Origin: Thermotogota bacterium
Lineage (GTDB): Bacteria > Thermotogota > Thermotogae > Petrotogales > Petrotogaceae
DNA length: 64,000 bases
Direction: 5' to 3'
Assembly (NCBI GenBank): GCA_051748045.1
Contig: JBNJGY010000002.1
Location: forward strand, 23,498-87,497
Part shown: positions 30,084 to 41,145 of the stretch, piece by piece
How positions within the stretch are numbered: position 1 is the first letter of the stretch
Layout: each line of letters starts with the position of its first letter
Notes under the pieces: generated by a model
The model's database searches: none
What the model was told of the DNA's origin: nothing
The model's input: only the letters and a program-made list of their open reading frames with translations
Program-made: the position numbers and the translations under genes

Positions 30084-31412
30084 TTATCTTAAATAAATTA
30101 AATATAATACGAATAAAATTGCCAAAATCCATGTAAACCAGTGAATTTGTTTTCTTTTGCCACCGAAGAATTTTACAAGAGGATAAGCAATCATACCGAG
30201 TGTAATACCTGTTGCAATTGAATAAGTAAATGGCATCATAACAAGAGTGATGAAAGCTGGTAATCCTTCAGTAGTGTCATCCCAGTCAATTTCTTTTAAA
30301 CCTTTAAGCATTAATGACCCAACAAAAATCAAAGCTGGAGCAGTAGCGGCAGCTGGAATAGATGCTGCTAAAGGAGAAAAGAATAGCATGGATAGCATCA
30401 TGATTGATGTAACCACTGAGGCTAAACCTGTTCTTGCACCTTGTGCTATTCCAGCACCAGACTCAATATAAGAAGTAACTGTTGAAGTTCCAAAAAGAGA
30501 ACCAACTACAGTACCGGTCGCATCAGCCATATATGCTTTTTTAGATCTTGGTAAACTGCCATCTTTTTTAGCAAATCCAGCTGAATGAGCTAGTCCCATT
30601 AAAGTTCCAGTTGTATCAAAGAAATCAACAAAAAAGAAAGTTAAAACAACAATCCAGAAAGTTGGTTCTAACAAATTATCTAAAGTCAATTGTAATTGTC
30701 CAAAAGTAGGAGAAACATCTGGTATTTTACCTACAATTCCTTGAAATTCAGTAACTCCAACGAAAGCTCCAAAAATAGTAGCTCCCACTATTCCAATTAA
30801 CACAGAGCCTGGTACTTTAAGTGTGTATAAAATAGCAATTAAAAAAAGTCCGATAATAGTTGTTAAAGCTTCTGGAGAAGTTATATTACCTAAAGCTACA
30901 AAGGTTTCTGAATCAGCTACAACAATACCAGATCCTTTAAGTCCTATAAATGAAATAAACAAGCCAATACCTGCAGCGGTTGCTATTTTTATCGTTTTTG
31001 GTATTGCATTACCTATGAAAGTCCTTACCCCTGTTAAAGTGATTATAATGAAAATTATACCTTCAACAAAAACAGCGCCTAGAGCTACTCTCCAGTCTAT
31101 ACCCATTTTTAAAACAACAGTATAGGTGAAGTAAGCATTAAGTCCCATACCTGGAGCTAAAGCAAAAGGATAATTAGCAAATAAACCCATTAGCAAAGTT
31201 GCTGTTGCTCCACCTAAGATTGTAGCAACCATTATAGCACCAAAAAATTGGTCGTATAATGCTGGATTGCTTGCAGTGCCTGGAATAGCATCTACTAAAA
31301 TGGAAGGGTTGACAAAAATAATATAAGCCATAGTTAGAAAAGTTGCGATACCCCCGTAAACCTCTTTTCTAACAGAACTACCAGCTTTAGAAATCCCGAA
31401 AAACTTGTCCAA
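30084..31412 (-). CDS. pbuG: NCS2/AzgA-family guanine-hypoxanthine permease
   Basis: TFLTMAYIIFVNP, APGMGLNAYF, FFDTTGT, YIESGAG, ARTG; TTG start after AAGGAGG; preceded by a purine riboswitch. Confidence 0.85.
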   Translation of the reverse strand: MDKFFGISKAGSSVRKEVYGGIATFLTMAYIIFVNPSILVDAIPGTASNPALYDQFFGAIMVATILGGATATLLMGLFANYPFALAPGMGLNAYFTYTVVLKMGIDWRVALGAVFVEGIIFIIITLTGVRTFIGNAIPKTIKIATAAGIGLFISFIGLKGSGIVVADSETFVALGNITSPEALTTIIGLFLIAILYTLKVPGSVLIGIVGATIFGAFVGVTEFQGIVGKIPDVSPTFGQLQLTLDNLLEPTFWIVVLTFFFVDFFDTTGTLMGLAHSAGFAKKDGSLPRSKKAYMADATGTVVGSLFGTSTVTSYIESGAGIAQGARTGLASVVTSIMMLSMLFFSPLAASIPAAATAPALIFVGSLMLKGLKEIDWDDTTEGLPAFITLVMMPFTYSIATGITLGMIAYPLVKFFGGKRKQIHWFTWILAILFVLYLIYLR

Positions 31413-31448
31413 GGTAAAAACCTCCTTAAGATGATTAAAAAATAAAAT

Positions 31449-31488
31449 AAAAAACCCTTCTCCTAATATTAATAGGAGAAGGTTTTTT
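31449..31488 (-). terminator. Expression-platform terminator of the guanine riboswitch
   Basis: Minus strand CCTTCTCCTA-TTAATAT-TAGGAGAAGG followed by a T run. Confidence 0.8.
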
Positions 31489-31520
31489 TATTGAAAAATA
31501 CTATTAAAAAATAATTCTTC

Positions 31521-31589
31521 TCCTATAGTCAGATAATTTACGGTTATCTGGTAGAGACTCTTGAGCCTTATTCTCAAGATTATATAGGA
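31521..31589 (-). ncRNA. Purine (guanine-sensing) riboswitch
   Basis: Minus strand TCCTATA-TAAT-CTTGAG-AATAAGG-CTCAAG-AGTCTCTACC-AGATAA-CCGTAAA-TTATCT-GAC-TATAGGA; discriminator is C. Confidence 0.93.
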
Positions 31590-31879
31590 TTCGTTTTAAA
31601 AAATATTCAATTTTACACTGACATTGTAACAGATAAATTGTCATTTTATATTAAAAATCACAGCTCATTAATTTTCAATCATGTTAACATACATTCAGAA
31701 TAATCAACTTATTTCAAAATACATAGTTTTAATAACTATTATAATAGTTTCAGTTGTTTTGAGAAAATATACCCAAAAGATAATATATTTATTATGTAAA
31801 AATAATCGTAAAATTTTCTTATAAAACTTATAGTAAAATATACTAAGTAAATATATGTATAATAAGCAGGAGGGATATA

Positions 31880-34711
31880 ATGCAAAATGAAATAAAGATT
31901 GTAGGGGCTAAAGAACACAATTTAAAAAATATTGATGTAACAATTCCAAAAAATAAAATATCTGTTATTAGTGGGTTATCAGGATCAGGTAAGTCCACAT
32001 TAGCTTTAGATACAATTTACGCTGAAGGCCAAAGAAGATATTTAGAATCCGTTTCTTCTTATGCCAGACAGTTTCTAGGAGATTTAAAAAAACCAGATGT
32101 TGAAATGATAGAAGGTTTATCACCAGCTATAGCAATTGAACAAAAAACAGTTTCTAATAATCCTAGGTCAACTGTAGGTACAGTTACAGAAATTTATGAT
32201 TATATGAGGGTTTTATATGCTAGAGTGGGCAAAGCTTATTGTCCTAAATGTGGTACAGAGCTTAAAAGTTCAACAGTTGATGAAATTATAGATAATATTT
32301 ATAAAGAATTTAAAGATGATTCAAGAATTTATATTTTTTCTCCAATAGCAAAAGAGAAAAAAGGAGAATTCAAAAAAGAAATTAAAAATTTAAAAGTTTC
32401 AGGGTTCAGAGTTTTGGAAATTGATGGTGAAATGATGGATTTGGAAGATATTGAATCTTTGAGGAAAAGCTATAGACATAATATAAATCTTTTGGTAGAT
32501 AGATTAAAACTTAGAAAAGATAATTTTGAAAGACTTTATGAAGCAATCGAAATAGCTTTGAAAGAGTCTGGTGGTTTTGTTGATATTAGAGAAATGGATA
32601 GAAACAATAAAGTTTTAAAAGAACAACAATTTTCTGAAATACTTGCTTGTCCTGAAGATGGCTATAGTTTCCCTGAAATAAATCCAAAATTATTTTCTTT
32701 TAACAGTCCATATGGAGCTTGCGAAGATTGTCATGGCTTAGGATTCAAACTTGAAGTTCAACCTGAATATATCTTTGATTTAGAAAAACCACTTAATAAT
32801 GGCGGAGTATTGAATATGGGTAAAGATACTTATATGGTAAAAGTGATGACTCAGATTTTAGAAGAATATGATGAAAGTCCATCTAAACCTATGAAAGAAT
32901 TACCAGATAAAATAATAAATGTTTTATTATATGGAAGTAGTAAAGAAATTGATTTTGAAGTTGAATCAAAAGAAGGTCGACTTCATAAATTTTCAAAAGC
33001 TTTTGAAGGTATGGTTAATTGGTATAACAGAAGATATTATGAGACAAATTCAAGAGATATTAGAGAATGGATAGAAAGAAATTTTATGCTTCAAACAACA
33101 TGTCAATCATGTGGAGGTCATAGGTTAAGAGAAGAAGCTCTATCGGTAAAAATCAACGATCAAAATATTTTTGAAATAACAGATGAACCAATAGATGATA
33201 CTTCTAGTTTTTTTGAAAAATTAGTATTAAATGATTTTAATAAAGAAGTTGCAAAAGAATTATTGAGAGAAATAAAACTTCGATTACAATTTTTAAAAGA
33301 CGTTGGCTTAGGATATCTATCTCTTTCTAGAACCTCTGGAACATTATCTGGAGGAGAATCTCAGAGAGTTAGACTTGCTACTCAAATTGGATCAGGATTA
33401 ACAGGGGTTACATATGTTTTAGACGAACCTACTATTGGTTTGCATTCTAGAGACAATGATAGGTTGATTGGAACTTTACATAAATTAAAAGATTTAGGAA
33501 ACACTGTTATCATTGTAGAACATGATGAAGAAATTATTAAGAATTCTGATTATATTGTCGATCTAGGTCCTGCTGCTGGTATCAATGGTGGGGAAGTTAT
33601 GTTTGAAGGGACTGTTAAAGATATTTTGAAAAAACCAGGTAAATCTTTAACGGGACAATATTTAACTGGAAGAGCTAAGATTGAATTTTTAGATAAAAAA
33701 AGAGAAAAAAATAAAAAGAAAATATCCATAAAAGGTGCCGCACATAATAATTTAAAAAATATCAATATAGATTTTCCTTTAGGTAAGTTTATAGTAGTTA
33801 CAGGAGTCTCTGGCTCAGGGAAATCTTCGTTGGTTATGGATACTTTGTATCCAGCATTACAAAAAGAAATAAATAGGTCTCGAGTCGTTCCAGGATATTA
33901 TAAAGAAATGAAAGGTTTAGAACATGTTGATAAAATTATTTCAATTGATCAAAGTCCAATAGGAAGAACACCTAGAAGTAATCCTGCTACATATACAGGT
34001 GTTTTTGATTTTATAAGAGATATTTTTTCACAAACAAAAGAATCAAAAATTAGAGGATATGACAAAGGAAGATTTAGTTTTAATGTAAAAGGTGGAAGAT
34101 GTGAATCTTGTAAAGGACATGGTGTGAAAAAAATAGAGATGCAGTTTTTACCTGATGTTTATGTGACATGTGATGTTTGTAAAGGGCAAAGATATAATAA
34201 AGAAACTCTAAAAGTTAAATATAAGGGAAAAACAATTTCTGATGTTTTAGAGATGAGCATCGATGAATCTTCAGAATTTTTCAAGAATGTTTCTTTTATA
34301 AGTAGGATTTTAGAACTATTAAAAGAAGTTGGATTAGGTTATCTAAAACTTGGACAGCCAGCAACAACTTTGTCAGGAGGAGAAGCACAGAGAATTAAAT
34401 TAACTTCAGAACTGAGAAAAAGGTCTACTGGCAAAACTTTTTATATTTTAGATGAGCCTACTACAGGATTACATTTTGAAGACGTAAGGAAATTATTAGC
34501 TGTTTTAGATATGTTAGTTGAAAAAGGAAATACAGTAGTGGTTATTGAGCACAATATGGATGTGATAAAAAATGCAGATCATATTATTGATTTAGGACCA
34601 GACGGTGGTAAAAATGGAGGGAAAATTATAGCAGAAGGTACTCCTGAAGACATTGTAAGACAAGGTGGTTTTACTTCAGACTACTTGAAGGATTATTTGA
34701 ATTATAAATAA
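31880..34711 (+). CDS. uvrA: Excinuclease ABC subunit A
   Basis: GAKEHNLKN, two Walker A motifs ([16 protein letters not shown]), two LSGGE, Zn fingers. Confidence 0.98.
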   Translation: MQNEIKIVGAKEHNLKNIDVTIPKNKISVISGLSGSGKSTLALDTIYAEGQRRYLESVSSYARQFLGDLKKPDVEMIEGLSPAIAIEQKTVSNNPRSTVGTVTEIYDYMRVLYARVGKAYCPKCGTELKSSTVDEIIDNIYKEFKDDSRIYIFSPIAKEKKGEFKKEIKNLKVSGFRVLEIDGEMMDLEDIESLRKSYRHNINLLVDRLKLRKDNFERLYEAIEIALKESGGFVDIREMDRNNKVLKEQQFSEILACPEDGYSFPEINPKLFSFNSPYGACEDCHGLGFKLEVQPEYIFDLEKPLNNGGVLNMGKDTYMVKVMTQILEEYDESPSKPMKELPDKIINVLLYGSSKEIDFEVESKEGRLHKFSKAFEGMVNWYNRRYYETNSRDIREWIERNFMLQTTCQSCGGHRLREEALSVKINDQNIFEITDEPIDDTSSFFEKLVLNDFNKEVAKELLREIKLRLQFLKDVGLGYLSLSRTSGTLSGGESQRVRLATQIGSGLTGVTYVLDEPTIGLHSRDNDRLIGTLHKLKDLGNTVIIVEHDEEIIKNSDYIVDLGPAAGINGGEVMFEGTVKDILKKPGKSLTGQYLTGRAKIEFLDKKREKNKKKISIKGAAHNNLKNINIDFPLGKFIVVTGVSGSGKSSLVMDTLYPALQKEINRSRVVPGYYKEMKGLEHVDKIISIDQSPIGRTPRSNPATYTGVFDFIRDIFSQTKESKIRGYDKGRFSFNVKGGRCESCKGHGVKKIEMQFLPDVYVTCDVCKGQRYNKETLKVKYKGKTISDVLEMSIDESSEFFKNVSFISRILELLKEVGLGYLKLGQPATTLSGGEAQRIKLTSELRKRSTGKTFYILDEPTTGLHFEDVRKLLAVLDMLVEKGNTVVVIEHNMDVIKNADHIIDLGPDGGKNGGKIIAEGTPEDIVRQGGFTSDYLKDYLNYK

Positions 34712-35229
34712 TTATTAGTTAACCAATCTATAGGTTCTTCGCCAGCGATTTCATAAAGTGTTTTCAACACTCCATCGTTGGAGAACCCATTTATTATATT
34801 TTCTAAAAGAAACAAAAGTTTTTTAAGCTCTATTTCATTTATTTTTTGATTTTCATAAGACTCAAATAATTCATCCATATCTAATATTTCAAAGGAAAAA
34901 TCTTTTTTTATCAAAATATCTAATTCCAAATCATGAAATAATATATAGTTTTTTGTTTGTTTGTATTTACCAAAATCAATATAAATTAAATAATCAGCTT
35001 TTTCACCATATTCATCTTGAAAATAAGAAAGCATCAAATTGGTTTGAGGTATTAAAAGTCTTTTTACAAATTTTATAGAGTTGTGAGTAGATAATTTTTC
35101 CCAAGAGCGTTTATATCCAAAGACATGTTGGTTGAATTCTCTATATTCTGTGAAATCAAACTTAGTATCGTTTATATGAGTTTTGATTTTTTCAAATTTA
35201 TTTTTCAGATCGAATTTATATTTTTTCAT
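34702..35229 (-). CDS. DUF402 (FomD-like) protein
   Basis: YIDF...HDLELDILI...ILDMDEL acidic motif; RBS GGAGG before ATG 35229. Confidence 0.6.
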   Translation of the reverse strand: MKKYKFDLKNKFEKIKTHINDTKFDFTEYREFNQHVFGYKRSWEKLSTHNSIKFVKRLLIPQTNLMLSYFQDEYGEKADYLIYIDFGKYKQTKNYILFHDLELDILIKKDFSFEILDMDELFESYENQKINEIELKKLLFLLENIINGFSNDGVLKTLYEIAGEEPIDWLTNNYL

Positions 35230-35252
35230 ACTTTCCTCCAACAGATGATATT

Positions 35253-35284
35253 AAAAAAAGGTGACTCTACAATAGAGTCACCTT
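35253..35284 (-). terminator. Intrinsic terminator after the DUF1015 gene
   Basis: Minus strand AAGGTGACTCTA-TTG-TAGAGTCACCTT then T run. Confidence 0.8.
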
Positions 35285-35301
35285 CAATTATATCATAAGG
35301 C

Positions 35302-36546
35302 TTATATTTTATGAACTACAAGACCTGATCTTAATTTTGGTTCAAACCAAGTTGATTTAGGTGGCATTATTTTTCCAGCATCAGCAACATTTATTAGTTG
35401 TTCTAGTGGAGTAGGATACATCGAGAAAGCAACTCCCCAATCTTTTGTATCTATCCATTTTGATAATGCTCCTACACCTCTAATTCCTCCTAAGAAGTGT
35501 ATTCTTGAATCTTTTCTTGGATCTTTAATGTTTAATATTGGGTCTAATAAATGATTTTGTAAGATATAAACATCCAGTTCTTTAACAGGATCATTTTTAT
35601 CTATAATTTCATCTTTTGCTTTTAAAAGATACCATTCTTTGTCAATATACATTCCAAAATTATGAATATTTTCTGGAGAATAAGGTGATTCAGGTGCTAT
35701 TTGTACTTCAAATTTATCTTTTATTGAAGCTAAAAAATCATCTTTGGATAAACCATTTAAATCTTTTACTACTCTGTTATAGTCTAAAACTCTAAGCTCA
35801 TCATGCGGAAAAATTGCTGCTAAGAAATAATTATATTCTTCATCTCCTGTGTGATTAGAATTTTCATCTTTTTTTATTTTTCTAGTTCTAGAGGCTGCAG
35901 CGGCTCTATGGTGTCCGTCTGCTATGTAAAGGTTATCTATCCCTTTAAAAGCTTCTTTTATTTCATTTACTTTATTTTCATCATCAATTAACCATAGTTC
36001 TTGTCGTACTTCGTTATCGTCAATAAAATCAGAAATTTTATTTGTATCATTAATAGAATTTTCCAACAAATTTTTGATTTCATCTTTAGATTTAAAAGTC
36101 AAGAAAACAGGACCTGATTGAGCTCCTAATAATGTTATGTGCCTTGTTCTATCGTCTTCTTTTTCTTCTCTAGTTAATTCATGTTTTTTAATTTTTCCTT
36201 CATCATATTCATCAACAGAAACTGTTGCGAATAATCCTAATTGGGTTTTCCCTTTCCATGTTTCTCTATAAATGTAATAAGATGGTTTCTCATCATTTAT
36301 TAAGATTCCTTCTTCCTCAAATTTTCTGAGGTTTTCACCAGCTTTTTTATAAACTTCGTCAGAATGAGGATCAGTTCCATCTGAGAAATCTACTTCCGCT
36401 CTAGTTACTCTCAAAAAACTATTTGGATGTTCAGATACTATTTTTTCTACTTCATCACTTTCTAGAACATCATATGGTGGACATGAAAATTCTTCTATAT
36501 GTTCTTTTTTAGGTCTTAATCCTTTAAACGGTCTCACTAAAGACAA
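35302..36546 (-). CDS. DUF1015 family protein
   Basis: PPYDV, IKKHELT, YIADGHHR, MPPKSTWFEPKLRSGL; TTG start. Confidence 0.92.
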   Translation of the reverse strand: MSLVRPFKGLRPKKEHIEEFSCPPYDVLESDEVEKIVSEHPNSFLRVTRAEVDFSDGTDPHSDEVYKKAGENLRKFEEEGILINDEKPSYYIYRETWKGKTQLGLFATVSVDEYDEGKIKKHELTREEKEDDRTRHITLLGAQSGPVFLTFKSKDEIKNLLENSINDTNKISDFIDDNEVRQELWLIDDENKVNEIKEAFKGIDNLYIADGHHRAAAASRTRKIKKDENSNHTGDEEYNYFLAAIFPHDELRVLDYNRVVKDLNGLSKDDFLASIKDKFEVQIAPESPYSPENIHNFGMYIDKEWYLLKAKDEIIDKNDPVKELDVYILQNHLLDPILNIKDPRKDSRIHFLGGIRGVGALSKWIDTKDWGVAFSMYPTPLEQLINVADAGKIMPPKSTWFEPKLRSGLVVHKI

Positions 36547-36548
36547 GG

Positions 36549-36974
36549 TTATCCCTCCTCATAATACTTTTTAAAATATTTATTTTGAATTTCAAACATT
36601 TTTTCTTCTTTTTCATCTGTATCGTTATGGTTGTAACCAAGGATGTGTAGTACACCATGTATTAGGATATAAAAAAATTCTTCTTCAAAACTGTTGTTGA
36701 AGTTTTTTGCTTGTTTTTTGATTCTTTCGATCGATATAACTATATCACCAATGATTTTCTCTTTCAAACCGTATTCAAAGGAAAGAACGTCAGTTGGCGT
36801 TGATTTTCCTCGGAAATTTGAATTATACTCTTGAATTGTCTCATTATCGCTCAAAAGAATATTCAATTCAAAGTCTCCATCCTGATATTCTTCTAAAATA
36901 ACTTTTTCGCAAATATATTCAATTTTTTTTATATTTATCTTTTCTTCAGATTGATTGTTTATATTTATAATCAA
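36549..36974 (-). CDS. ybeY: rRNA maturation RNase YbeY
   Basis: PTDVLSF, IGDIVIS, HGVLHILGYNH. Confidence 0.95.
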   Translation of the reverse strand: MIININNQSEEKINIKKIEYICEKVILEEYQDGDFELNILLSDNETIQEYNSNFRGKSTPTDVLSFEYGLKEKIIGDIVISIERIKKQAKNFNNSFEEEFFYILIHGVLHILGYNHNDTDEKEEKMFEIQNKYFKKYYEEG

Positions 36975-36980
36975 ATTTAA

Positions 36981-38372
36981 TCACCTTTTTAATTCTTTAG
37001 AATCTATTTTTGGATATTTAATTCTCTTATGATTCATTTCCATTATTGTTCTAATTATTTTCCCCTTTATCATTTGTAATTCTCTTAAAGATAATCCCGC
37101 ATCATCTAATTGACCTTCGAAAAAAAGAGATTCGATTAGGTCATCTAATTTTTCATTTAGATCAGAAGCATTATAATCTTTCATAGAACGTGTTATAGCT
37201 TCCGTTACATCACATATCATGAGTATAGCAGATTCTTTAAATTGAGGGATTGGCCCTGGATATTTGAAAAGATCTGTATTTTGAATTCCAGTTTCATCAT
37301 AATATTTCTTATAAAAAAATTGTTTGATTCTAGTTCCTTGATGTTGAACAATCATATCTTCTATTAATATAGGTAATCTATGTTCTTTTGCCATTTGTTT
37401 TCCATAATTTACATGATTATCTAAAATTAATGAACTCATTTTTGGACTTATATTGTTATGTGGATTAACTCCTTTTTGATTTTCAGTAAAGAATTGAGGT
37501 CTCCATGTTTTACCAATATCGTGAAAATATGAGCCTACTCTTGCCAATATAGAATTTCCTTTTATGTGTTCCGTGGCACTTTCTGCAATATTTGAAATTA
37601 TCATACTATGGTAATAAGTACCAGCAGCATGTAAAGTCATCTTTTTAAGGACAGGATGATTTAAATTTCCCAGTTCCAATAAACCCAAATCAGAATAAAC
37701 TCTTGTTATGTACTCAAAAAATGGTAATATCCCCATTGAAATAAGCATTGTAAAAAAGTTTATCAAGAAAATTGACAATAATTGATTTGTATCTCTAGTA
37801 TAACTAAATACAACCATCAAACCTATTTGTAAAACACTTGAAATTATAAAAGGTAAAAATATTTCAATTCTTCTAATAATCTTTTTAGATACCCAAGCAA
37901 CAAATGTTGAAGGTAAAAAAATAATCATCATATAAGTAATATCAAATCCATATATTATTCCAAAAAATAAAGAAAAAGATAAAGAAGATAAAATACCTAT
38001 ATCAAAATCAATAAGCATTGTAATAAGCATAGTCGTTAAAAGAGCTGTTACTGTATAAACACTTACATATTTATATATAAACGCATTTAATAATATTGCT
38101 GAAACTAAAGGGATCATAAAAGCTGCCCAATAATTTGTTGGATGAAGTTGAAACATCTTTTTCTTTTTTATGTATAATTCTACTATAAAAAACCAATATG
38201 TTTGGAAGACTATATTGAATTTTACTTGAAAATCAAAAGATAACCTTCTCCAAATTATGAATTCAACAATAAAACTTAATATTGCGAAAATAAGCATTCT
38301 AATTATTATGGATTCTAAATTCTGTGGTTTTTCTTTTAAAACCTCTTCTTTTAATTTTTTCTTTCTTTTCAT
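36981..38372 (-). CDS. 7TM-HD (HDIG) phosphohydrolase, PgpH-like
   Basis: Multiple TM helices, GTYYHS, YFHDIGK, FFTENQ, YPGPIPQFKE; typical phoH-X-ybeY context. Confidence 0.85.
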   Translation of the reverse strand: MKRKKKLKEEVLKEKPQNLESIIIRMLIFAILSFIVEFIIWRRLSFDFQVKFNIVFQTYWFFIVELYIKKKKMFQLHPTNYWAAFMIPLVSAILLNAFIYKYVSVYTVTALLTTMLITMLIDFDIGILSSLSFSLFFGIIYGFDITYMMIIFLPSTFVAWVSKKIIRRIEIFLPFIISSVLQIGLMVVFSYTRDTNQLLSIFLINFFTMLISMGILPFFEYITRVYSDLGLLELGNLNHPVLKKMTLHAAGTYYHSMIISNIAESATEHIKGNSILARVGSYFHDIGKTWRPQFFTENQKGVNPHNNISPKMSSLILDNHVNYGKQMAKEHRLPILIEDMIVQHQGTRIKQFFYKKYYDETGIQNTDLFKYPGPIPQFKESAILMICDVTEAITRSMKDYNASDLNEKLDDLIESLFFEGQLDDAGLSLRELQMIKGKIIRTIMEMNHKRIKYPKIDSKELKR

Positions 38373-38376
38373 ATTA

Positions 38377-39342
38377 TCACTCCGAGTCTTTTTCGAAAAT
38401 CTCGTAAGCATTTATAATCTCTTTCACAAGAGGATTTCTTACAACATCCGATTTTTTTAATTCGTTAAATTTAATTCCTTTTATATTGGTCAAAAAATGG
38501 CTCACAGCCAATAACCCTGAATCTTTTTTCTTTTCCAAATCAATTTGGGTGATGTCTCCAGTTACTACAACTTGAGAGTTAAACCCAATTCTTGTTAAAA
38601 ACATTTTCATTTGTTGATAAGTACTGTTTTGTGCTTCATCTAAAATAATAAAGGAGTTATTTAGCGTTCGACCTCTCATATAAGCTAAAGGAACTATTTC
38701 GATAATTCCTTTTTCCTTATAAAAATTAACTTTTTCTACTCCTAAAAAGTCTATAAGCGAATCATATAAAGGTTTTAGATAAGGATCAACTTTTTCATAA
38801 AGAGTTCCTGGTAAAAAACCAAGCTTTTCTCCTGCTTCGACAGCAGGTCTTGTTAAAATAAGTCTTTGGACTTTTCCTTTCTTTAAATAATCAACAGCCA
38901 TTGCAACTGCTAAATAAGTTTTACCAGTACCAGCGGGACCAATCGAAAAAACTATTTCGTTGTTTTTTAAATCTTCAATGTATTTTGCTTGACCATCTGT
39001 TTTTGCTGATATTTTAACTCCATTAATTGTAGTGTTTATTACTTCTTTCATGGATTTAGAAGTATCGATATCTTCACCGGTATTTCTTGAAATCAAATAT
39101 AGAAATTGATTCCATTCTGGTAAATGCCCTTCCTCCAATATATCAATTAATTCTTTAAAAACATTTTTGACTATTTTATTATTTCTATCTGATTCAGAAT
39201 TTATTGTAATTTTATTGTCTTTTAAATAAATGTCAACATTGAATTTTTTAGATAAATATTTCGCCCTTTTATTATAAGCTCCAAAAACCTCTACTGGTTC
39301 TAGATCTTTAGGCATGTTTATATAAGCTTTCAGTAGAATCAT
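38377..39342 (-). CDS. phoH: PhoH family ATPase
   Basis: GPAGTGKT, RPAVEAGE, YMRGRTL, LDEAQN, GDITQID. Confidence 0.95.
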   Translation of the reverse strand: MILLKAYINMPKDLEPVEVFGAYNKRAKYLSKKFNVDIYLKDNKITINSESDRNNKIVKNVFKELIDILEEGHLPEWNQFLYLISRNTGEDIDTSKSMKEVINTTINGVKISAKTDGQAKYIEDLKNNEIVFSIGPAGTGKTYLAVAMAVDYLKKGKVQRLILTRPAVEAGEKLGFLPGTLYEKVDPYLKPLYDSLIDFLGVEKVNFYKEKGIIEIVPLAYMRGRTLNNSFIILDEAQNSTYQQMKMFLTRIGFNSQVVVTGDITQIDLEKKKDSGLLAVSHFLTNIKGIKFNELKKSDVVRNPLVKEIINAYEIFEKDSE

Positions 39343-39443
39343 CTCCTTATTTATGATAAAATCTAAATGTTGAGATATTTAGATACATCATTATCTATTT
39401 TAACATATTTTATCAATTTAAAGATAAACTTGGAGGCAAAAAT

Positions 39444-40271
39444 ATGTGGTATCCCGGTCATATTAAAAAAGCAAAAGATAGCATAAAAAAGAATTTGAAA
39501 ATTGTCGATGCAGTTATAGAACTTCTAGATGCACGAGCTCCTTATGCTTCAAGAGCTTATGAATATGAAAACTTGTTCAAAAACAAACAAAAAATACTTA
39601 TAATGAACAAATATGATATTTGTGATAAAGAAAAAACTGAGGAATGGGTAGATCTTTACAAAGAAAAAGGGTATGTTGTATTAAAAACGAATTTAAAATC
39701 TGAAAACATAAAAAAGTTTTTAGAAAATAAAGTGGCAAAACACATTCCAACAAATTATAAAGAAAAAAGAGCTATTATTGTAGGAGTACCTAATGTTGGA
39801 AAATCAACTTTTATAAATAGATTCAAAGGTAAAAAGTCTACCACTATTGGGAATATCCCTGGAGTTACTAAAGGTATTCAATGGATTAGTGTAAATAAAG
39901 AGATAAAAATATTAGATACACCTGGTATTCTTTTTCCGGAATTATACAATGAAGGAATTAAAAATAAATTAATGGCTATTGGTTCTATTAAAGGTGACGA
40001 TGTTATAAAAGACGATGCTGTATTTTATATTTTTGATTACTTGAAAAGAAAATATCCTGATTACCTTGACAATATAGTAGAAGATGGATCAAAAAAAGAA
40101 AATGCATATGAATTTATTCTTGAATTTGCAAAAAAAAGAAATTTTATAAAAAAAGGTGGAGTTGGAGATTATGATAGAGGTAGAAATACTTTTTTGAAAG
40201 ATTTTAATGATGGGGTGTTTGGTAGAGTAACGCTTGAATCACCAGATGATTATGAACAAATTAAAATATAG
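39444..40271 (+). CDS. rbgA: Ribosome biogenesis GTPase RbgA/YlqF
   Basis: WYPGH, DARAP, NKYD, GVPNVGKS, PGVTKG, DTPG. Confidence 0.95.
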   Translation: MWYPGHIKKAKDSIKKNLKIVDAVIELLDARAPYASRAYEYENLFKNKQKILIMNKYDICDKEKTEEWVDLYKEKGYVVLKTNLKSENIKKFLENKVAKHIPTNYKEKRAIIVGVPNVGKSTFINRFKGKKSTTIGNIPGVTKGIQWISVNKEIKILDTPGILFPELYNEGIKNKLMAIGSIKGDDVIKDDAVFYIFDYLKRKYPDYLDNIVEDGSKKENAYEFILEFAKKRNFIKKGGVGDYDRGRNTFLKDFNDGVFGRVTLESPDDYEQIKI

Positions 40272-41145
40272 TATTTTGATATTGTTATTTTTTTCAAATA
40301 TTGTTTTTTCTTATAAAATATTTTCTAATGGGTTATATTTTAAAGATTTTATAGAGAATAAAATTAAATACTCTAGAGAAATAAAAATAGTTACCTATAG
40401 TATTGACGAAACAATAACGAAATCTCTTTTGAGCAAAAACCATCATATTATAGCAGATTCTTCAGGAGTGAAAACTAAAGACAAATTAAATATACAAAAA
40501 GTCACCGCCCCTAATACAGGGATACAACATGAAAAATTCTATATATTTGATGATGAATCTGTTATTTTTGGTACAGGAAATATGACATATAGTGGAATAA
40601 TTGGAGATAAAAATATTTTTGTTTATACTGAAGATAAAGAGATTGTTAATGTTTTTAAAAAAGAATTCTACAATTTGAGCTCAAAGAAATATAAACCTTC
40701 TTTAGAGAAAAAACTAAATAATACAGAAATTGGAGATTTTTCTTTTTATTCAACTCCCAATAATAAAATATACAAAGTTATTCAAAAAGAAATTCGAAAA
40801 GCAAAAAATAAAATAGATATATTTGCTTTTTCATTAACAGATCCATTTTTAGTTTATGAAATTGAAAAAGCAGCTTCTAAAGATATAGAAATTAATTTAT
40901 ATTTTGATGATTGGAATATTTATTATTCTGAAGCAGTCAATCATTTAAAAGGAATAAATAAAGTTAGCTATGATGATCTTCATGCAAAAATTATAATTTT
41001 AGATGAAAAAAGAATAATATTAGGAAGCTATAATTTTACATACAAAGCTAGAAATACAAATTATGAACTGTTAACGATTGTAGATAATAAAGCAATAAGT
41101 GAAATTGTAAAATCTATGTTAATAGAGGAGGAAATAATAAAATGA
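40252..41145 (+). CDS. Exported phospholipase D-like protein (two HKD motifs)
   Basis: Signal peptide; HEKFYIFD...GTGN and HAKIIILD...GSYN. Confidence 0.85.
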   Translation: MNKLKYSILILLFFSNIVFSYKIFSNGLYFKDFIENKIKYSREIKIVTYSIDETITKSLLSKNHHIIADSSGVKTKDKLNIQKVTAPNTGIQHEKFYIFDDESVIFGTGNMTYSGIIGDKNIFVYTEDKEIVNVFKKEFYNLSSKKYKPSLEKKLNNTEIGDFSFYSTPNNKIYKVIQKEIRKAKNKIDIFAFSLTDPFLVYEIEKAASKDIEINLYFDDWNIYYSEAVNHLKGINKVSYDDLHAKIIILDEKRIILGSYNFTYKARNTNYELLTIVDNKAISEIVKSMLIEEEIIK

